Below, piece by piece: positions 59,747-64,000 of a DNA stretch of 64,000 nt. Made by a program: the position numbers and the translations under genes. The stretch is from the NCBI GenBank assembly GCA_965223325.1, contig CBDCWI010000002.1, forward strand, positions 672,001-736,000, read 5' to 3'. The notes under the pieces were generated by a model. The model made no database searches. It was not told the origin of the DNA and worked only from the letters and a program-made list of their open reading frames with translations. This DNA is from Candidatus Multivoradales bacterium. GTDB lineage: Bacteria > Acidobacteriota > Thermoanaerobaculia > Multivoradales > Multivoraceae. Each line of letters starts with the position of its first letter. Positions within the stretch are counted from its first letter, which is position 1.

Positions 59747-61315
59747 CTACCGCGGTTCGTTGAGTAGCGCCTCGGCGCCTCCCAGACCCGGCAACCCCGT
59801 GACCCCCCCACCGGGGTGGACGCCTGCGCCGCAGAAGTAGAGGCCCTCGAAGGGTGAGCTGAAATGACCGGCGCCACGCCACGGCCGCAAGACGAAGGAA
59901 CGCTCGAGCACGACTTCCCCGTGATCGATGTGGCCGCCGCTCACTCCCCAGGTGTCCTGCCATTCACCGGGGAGGTGGAGTCGGCGATGCTCGATCAGAT
60001 CGACGACTCCAGGAGCACTCTCCTCGAGCCGTTTCAACAACCGACCGACGACCTGACGCGCATCGACTTCTGCATCGTGAGGAACGTGTTGCGCAACGTA
60101 GCTGAGAAGGTAGCGATCGTGCGGCCCTGGGGCCGCGACCTTCTCGACGGTGGCCGTGCCGTCGAGAGTCTTCGACTCGCGACCACGACGGGCGTCGATC
60201 GCCGCGAGCTCGAGGTCGGTCGTCGTCCCGGCGATGACGATCGACCCGGTCAGTTCGCTCGAACTCGACTGGCCGCGAAACCGTGGTCGCGCCCGCAGGA
60301 GCAAGTCGAGCCGAACGACGGTGCCATGCGGTTTAGTGGCACGTAGGCGCCGGCCAACGTCAATCGGCAGGTAGCGATCGCCAACCAGGCGCTCGAGAGT
60401 CATGAAGGGATCGGTTGAGGCCAACACAGATTGGGTTTCGACGAACTGTGCCGGCGAGTCGGGAGGCGCACCGAGTGGACGCACCTCGACACCGCGAACG
60501 CGACCGTCGCCGAGCACGATGCGGTCGACCCGTGAAGCGAGAGCGATGCGACCTCCGCGTCGTTCGACCGCCGCCACCAGGCCAGCGACGAAATCTGCCA
60601 TCCCGCCCGCCGGTCGGCGCACCGGCGCCAGGCCTCGAGCGCTGGTCCCCCAGCTGCGATAGAAGAAAGGGTAGCTCGAACCGGGCGAGAACGGCCCAGT
60701 GCGCGTGCCGAGGAGTGCCCGCATGGTGAGCATTCCCTGCAGCCTGGGGCTCTCGAACCACTCCCCGAGAAGTGATGCCAGGGGCATCGACAGCGCGCGC
60801 AGAAGCGCTGGCGCCTGGGCCAGCCTCCCGGTTGCCTGCCAGCGGTCGATCTCGGCTCCGGGACCACCGGCGCGCAAGAGAGGCTCGAGCTCACCACAGC
60901 GCTCCCCAACCCAGTGAACGAAGTCGGGCCAGCGCGCCGCATCGCGTTGATGGTGCCGAGCGATCGCCGCCGCCGTTTGGGCGACATCGGGATAGAGCGC
61001 GAGCGCCGGGCCCCTACGGTCTTCGGGAGCGAAGGCGACCACCGGCGCGTCGACCATCACCGGACCGCCCCCATCTGCCCCGGGAAAGCCGATGAGCTCG
61101 CTTACGTCGTCGCGCAGAAGGGAGGTGTCGGAGGCGCCGCGCGGTGCCATGACGACATCGGAGGCGCCAGGGAAGGCAGCATGGACGCCGGTCATTCCGC
61201 CCGCGGTCTCCGCTTGCTCGATCACCAGCACCGAGCGCCCCTCATCGAGGACGCGTGTGGCAGCAATCAGGCCGTTGTGGCCAGCGCCAATGACGACGCA
61301 GTCGACGCGCCTCAT
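59747..61315 (-). CDS. Phytoene dehydrogenase-like (PYROXD2-type) FAD oxidoreductase, divergent copy
   Basis: IGAGHNGL, GGM, YFCGAGVHPGGGVTG; ATGA overlap. Confidence 0.85.
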   Translation of the reverse strand: MRRVDCVVIGAGHNGLIAATRVLDEGRSVLVIEQAETAGGMTGVHAAFPGASDVVMAPRGASDTSLLRDDVSELIGFPGADGGGPVMVDAPVVAFAPEDRRGPALALYPDVAQTAAAIARHHQRDAARWPDFVHWVGERCGELEPLLRAGGPGAEIDRWQATGRLAQAPALLRALSMPLASLLGEWFESPRLQGMLTMRALLGTRTGPFSPGSSYPFFYRSWGTSARGLAPVRRPAGGMADFVAGLVAAVERRGGRIALASRVDRIVLGDGRVRGVEVRPLGAPPDSPAQFVETQSVLASTDPFMTLERLVGDRYLPIDVGRRLRATKPHGTVVRLDLLLRARPRFRGQSSSSELTGSIVIAGTTTDLELAAIDARRGRESKTLDGTATVEKVAAPGPHDRYLLSYVAQHVPHDAEVDARQVVGRLLKRLEESAPGVVDLIEHRRLHLPGEWQDTWGVSGGHIDHGEVVLERSFVLRPWRGAGHFSSPFEGLYFCGAGVHPGGGVTGLPGLGGAEALLNEPR

Positions 61316-62988
61316 GGCGAGGCTCCCGCTGCATCGCCTCTTGCGAGCGAGGCCAGGACCCGGCGGGCCGCGAGCCGTCCCGGACCGCCCGAGATTCCGC
61401 CGCCCGGATGAGACCCCGAGCCGCACAGCCAGTAGCCATCCAACGGCGTCTGGAAACCCGAGAGGTCGCTCCCCGGCCGTAGGGTGAACAGCTGCGAGAG
61501 TCGGATCTCGCCGTGAAAGATGTTGCCACCGGGAATACCGATCTCCTGCTCGACGTCGTCGGGCGTGAGCACCTGCCGGTCAAGAGTGATTTCGTCGAGG
61601 TTGGTCACGTACTGGCGCAGGACCGCCATCACAGCGTCACCTAGAGCGTCGCGCTGGTCGGACCAGGTGCCGTGGGCGAGCTGGTACGGCGCGTACTGAA
61701 CGAAGCACGACATGACGTGTCCGCCAGGCGGCGCCATGCCCGGATCGATGACCGATGGCACCACGAGGTCGAGGAACGGTTCGCGCGAAAAGTTCCCGGC
61801 GCGCGCATCGGCGTAGGCACGTTCGATGTAGTCGACACTGGGGGCAATACTCGTGCCACCAGCGAGATGCGCGTGTGGATCCGGTCTCACCCTGAAGCGC
61901 GGCAGATCGCCGAGCGACAGGTTGACCTTGGCCGAGCATCCTTCGGTCTGCCAACTGTTCGCAGCTGCGACGGTCTCAGGCGGGAGCGCCCCGTGGGGAA
62001 TGAGCCTGTCGATACTGAGCTGCGGCGCAAGGCTCGAGAGCACGACGTCGGCGTCGATCTCCTCGCCATCGTCGAGCACCACCCCGTCGACCCGCCCATC
62101 CGCCAGGCGCAGCTCCGAGACGGTCGCCGCGGTTCGAATGACGGCCCCAGCCTCGCGGGCAGCGAGCGAAATCGCCCGCGCGACCGCCCCAGTCCCCCCA
62201 CACGGGAAACCCCACGCGCGGTACTCGCCATCGATCTCGCCCATGTAGTGATGCAACAAAACGTAGGCCGAGCCCGGGGTGCGCGGTGAAAGGAACGAAC
62301 CGATGATGCTCGATGTCGAAAGTGCGGCCTTGAGTGCATCGGTCTCGAACCACTCATCGAGCAGATCCGCGGCGCTACCGACCATCATCTGCGCCAGCAT
62401 GTCGCAGTGGTCACGGGGGGCACTCGCGAAGTGACCTGCGACTTCCGCCCAGGCCGTGGCAGGGTCACTATCTTGGGAAGCGGCGCGGCTCACCGGCGGC
62501 GGCGTCACGCGCTGCAGAGCATGCACCAACTGTGCGACCTGACTCATCAAGAGCTTGAAGCGTGAGTAGGCCTCGGCGTCCTTCTTCGAGAAGCGGGCGA
62601 TGTTGTGGTAGGTGCGTGCGGGACACGCTTCGCGATAGAGGAAGCGACCGTCGGGGAGTGGGTTGAACGTGCTCTCGAGGGGAACGATCACCAGACCGTG
62701 TCGCACCAGTTCCAATTCCTGAACCACCTCGTGGTGCAGAAGGCTCACCAGATACGAGTAGCGACTGTGGAGGAAGGTGCCGTTCTTGCCCACCACCGAA
62801 ACCTCACCGGTGCGCGTTGCGCCGCCAATGATCTCGTCGCGCTCCAGCACCGTGACCCGATGCCCGGCGCGGGCGAGATAGGCCGCCGCCACCAGGCCGT
62901 TGTGGCCCGCACCGATGACCACCGCACGGAGGCGCGTACCCGCGCTGCCTTTTCCATCGCGGCCCTTTCGCTCGCGCACGAGGGTCAC
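61312..62988 (-). CDS. Phytoene dehydrogenase-like (PYROXD2-type) FAD oxidoreductase
   Basis: IGAGHNGL, SYLVSLL, PGSAYVLLHH, GNIFHG, LCGSGSHPGGG; GTGA overlap. Confidence 0.9.
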   Translation of the reverse strand: MTLVRERKGRDGKGSAGTRLRAVVIGAGHNGLVAAAYLARAGHRVTVLERDEIIGGATRTGEVSVVGKNGTFLHSRYSYLVSLLHHEVVQELELVRHGLVIVPLESTFNPLPDGRFLYREACPARTYHNIARFSKKDAEAYSRFKLLMSQVAQLVHALQRVTPPPVSRAASQDSDPATAWAEVAGHFASAPRDHCDMLAQMMVGSAADLLDEWFETDALKAALSTSSIIGSFLSPRTPGSAYVLLHHYMGEIDGEYRAWGFPCGGTGAVARAISLAAREAGAVIRTAATVSELRLADGRVDGVVLDDGEEIDADVVLSSLAPQLSIDRLIPHGALPPETVAAANSWQTEGCSAKVNLSLGDLPRFRVRPDPHAHLAGGTSIAPSVDYIERAYADARAGNFSREPFLDLVVPSVIDPGMAPPGGHVMSCFVQYAPYQLAHGTWSDQRDALGDAVMAVLRQYVTNLDEITLDRQVLTPDDVEQEIGIPGGNIFHGEIRLSQLFTLRPGSDLSGFQTPLDGYWLCGSGSHPGGGISGGPGRLAARRVLASLARGDAAGASP

Positions 62989-64000
62989 CGCCTTCTCCCT
63001 TTCGGGCGCCGCTTGCGAACTGCGCGCTTGCGCTTGGGGTTGAAGAACGGCAACCCGACGATGCGCGCCGGAGCCAGCCGGCGCTCGTACTCCACGGTCA
63101 TCTCGACCTCGACCGTCGAGCCCAGCTGCGCGAAGTCGCTGTCGATAGACGCCAGTGCGATCTGCTTGCGAATCAACGGCGAGAAGACGTGACTGGTGGC
63201 CTGCCCCACCTGCCGAGAACCGCAGTAGACCGGCACCGGGGTGCGGCAGGCTGGGTGCCCAGGGGTATCGGGACGCACTCCATGCACCCCGTAGACTTCT
63301 TCGAGGTTCGCCCACTCGATCACCAGGCCAACGTAAGAGAGGTCGGTGTGGGGTGCAGCATCGTTGGCGGCACGCTTCCCAAAAGACGAGTTGGCAAAGC
63401 GTTTCTCGAGCGCAGGGCGGCCGAGAAAGTCGTTGTCGGGCACCATCTCGACCGTCCAGCCCATGCCCACTTCGTGAGGCAACACCCGACGCGCCAGCGG
63501 CCAAGCCAGGTCGGCAGGGATCCAGTCGACACCGATCAACGGCAGACCGGCTTCGATACGAGCGACATCGAGCGCTTCGAGACCGGCCGGCAGGAGCGCG
63601 TGGCCTCTACCGGAATCGTAAAGCGCATCCCACACCATCGTCGCGAGCTCAGCCTGGACCACGAGCTCGTAGCCCAGGTCGCCGGTGAACCCCGTGCGCG
63701 TGATCGTGACCGGCGCTCCCCCGACACGAGCGGAAGCGGCACTGAAGTAGCGCAGCCGATCGAGGTCTGCCCCGGTGGTTACGGCGCTCAGAATCGCCCG
63801 TGACCGGGGGCCCTGAAGCGCCAGCATCGCGTACCGCTCCGAGCGCTCGCTGACCTCGACGTCGAAGCCGCGCGCGCAGTCAGAGAGCCAGCGCATCACC
63901 GGCTCCGCCGCCGTCAGCCGAAAGGTCTCGTCGTCGAGGCACACCAGATTGCCGTCCTGGAGCAGGTAGCCGTCGTCATCGAGCCAGGCCGAATAGGCCA
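62985..64000 (-). CDS. Aminomethyltransferase (GcvT) family protein, 5'-truncated by the window edge
   Basis: LALQGPRS, TRTGFTGDLGYE, ARIEAG, FSPL, PFF. Confidence 0.88.
   Translation of the reverse strand, partial: AYSAWLDDDGYLLQDGNLVCLDDETFRLTAAEPVMRWLSDCARGFDVEVSERSERYAMLALQGPRSRAILSAVTTGADLDRLRYFSAASARVGGAPVTITRTGFTGDLGYELVVQAELATMVWDALYDSGRGHALLPAGLEALDVARIEAGLPLIGVDWIPADLAWPLARRVLPHEVGMGWTVEMVPDNDFLGRPALEKRFANSSFGKRAANDAAPHTDLSYVGLVIEWANLEEVYGVHGVRPDTPGHPACRTPVPVYCGSRQVGQATSHVFSPLIRKQIALASIDSDFAQLGSTVEVEMTVEYERRLAPARIVGLPFFNPKRKRAVRKRRPKGRRR

Noticed and set aside
1-64000. tRNA or rRNA genes
   Set aside because: None recognised by eye in the intergenic regions.

Overview
High-GC bacterial chromosomal segment with about 52 densely packed genes. 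The gene style (sulfatase-TPR, DUF4097, DUF5916, FG-GAP protein with a C-terminal DGFES motif) tentatively suggests Acidobacteriota/Thermoanaerobaculia; this is inference only. Housekeeping and metabolic genes include lepA, arginase, ddl, hemW, epmB-efp-epmA, truD, rnd, lon, mmsA, ndh and a FabY-like synthase, plus a GcvT/two-phytoene-dehydrogenase-like operon. The standout is a mobile-RNA/repeat system. Two near-identical 1,909-nt endonuclease-less group II introns sit in inverted orientation about 21.6 kb apart, and both are inserted at the same position of a non-coding, hairpin-capped repeat family. That family also occurs as a 5 x 130-bp tandem array whose boundary coincides with the intron 5' splice site, and as an inverted-arm composite element. 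One arm of the composite looks like the scar of an intron lost by microhomology deletion. Also present: two tandem ERIC-like structured miniature elements, a MarR promoter/operator, a Tat-signal carotenoid oxygenase and a frameshifted sulfatase-like gene. All calls come from reading the sequence by eye; no database searches were run.
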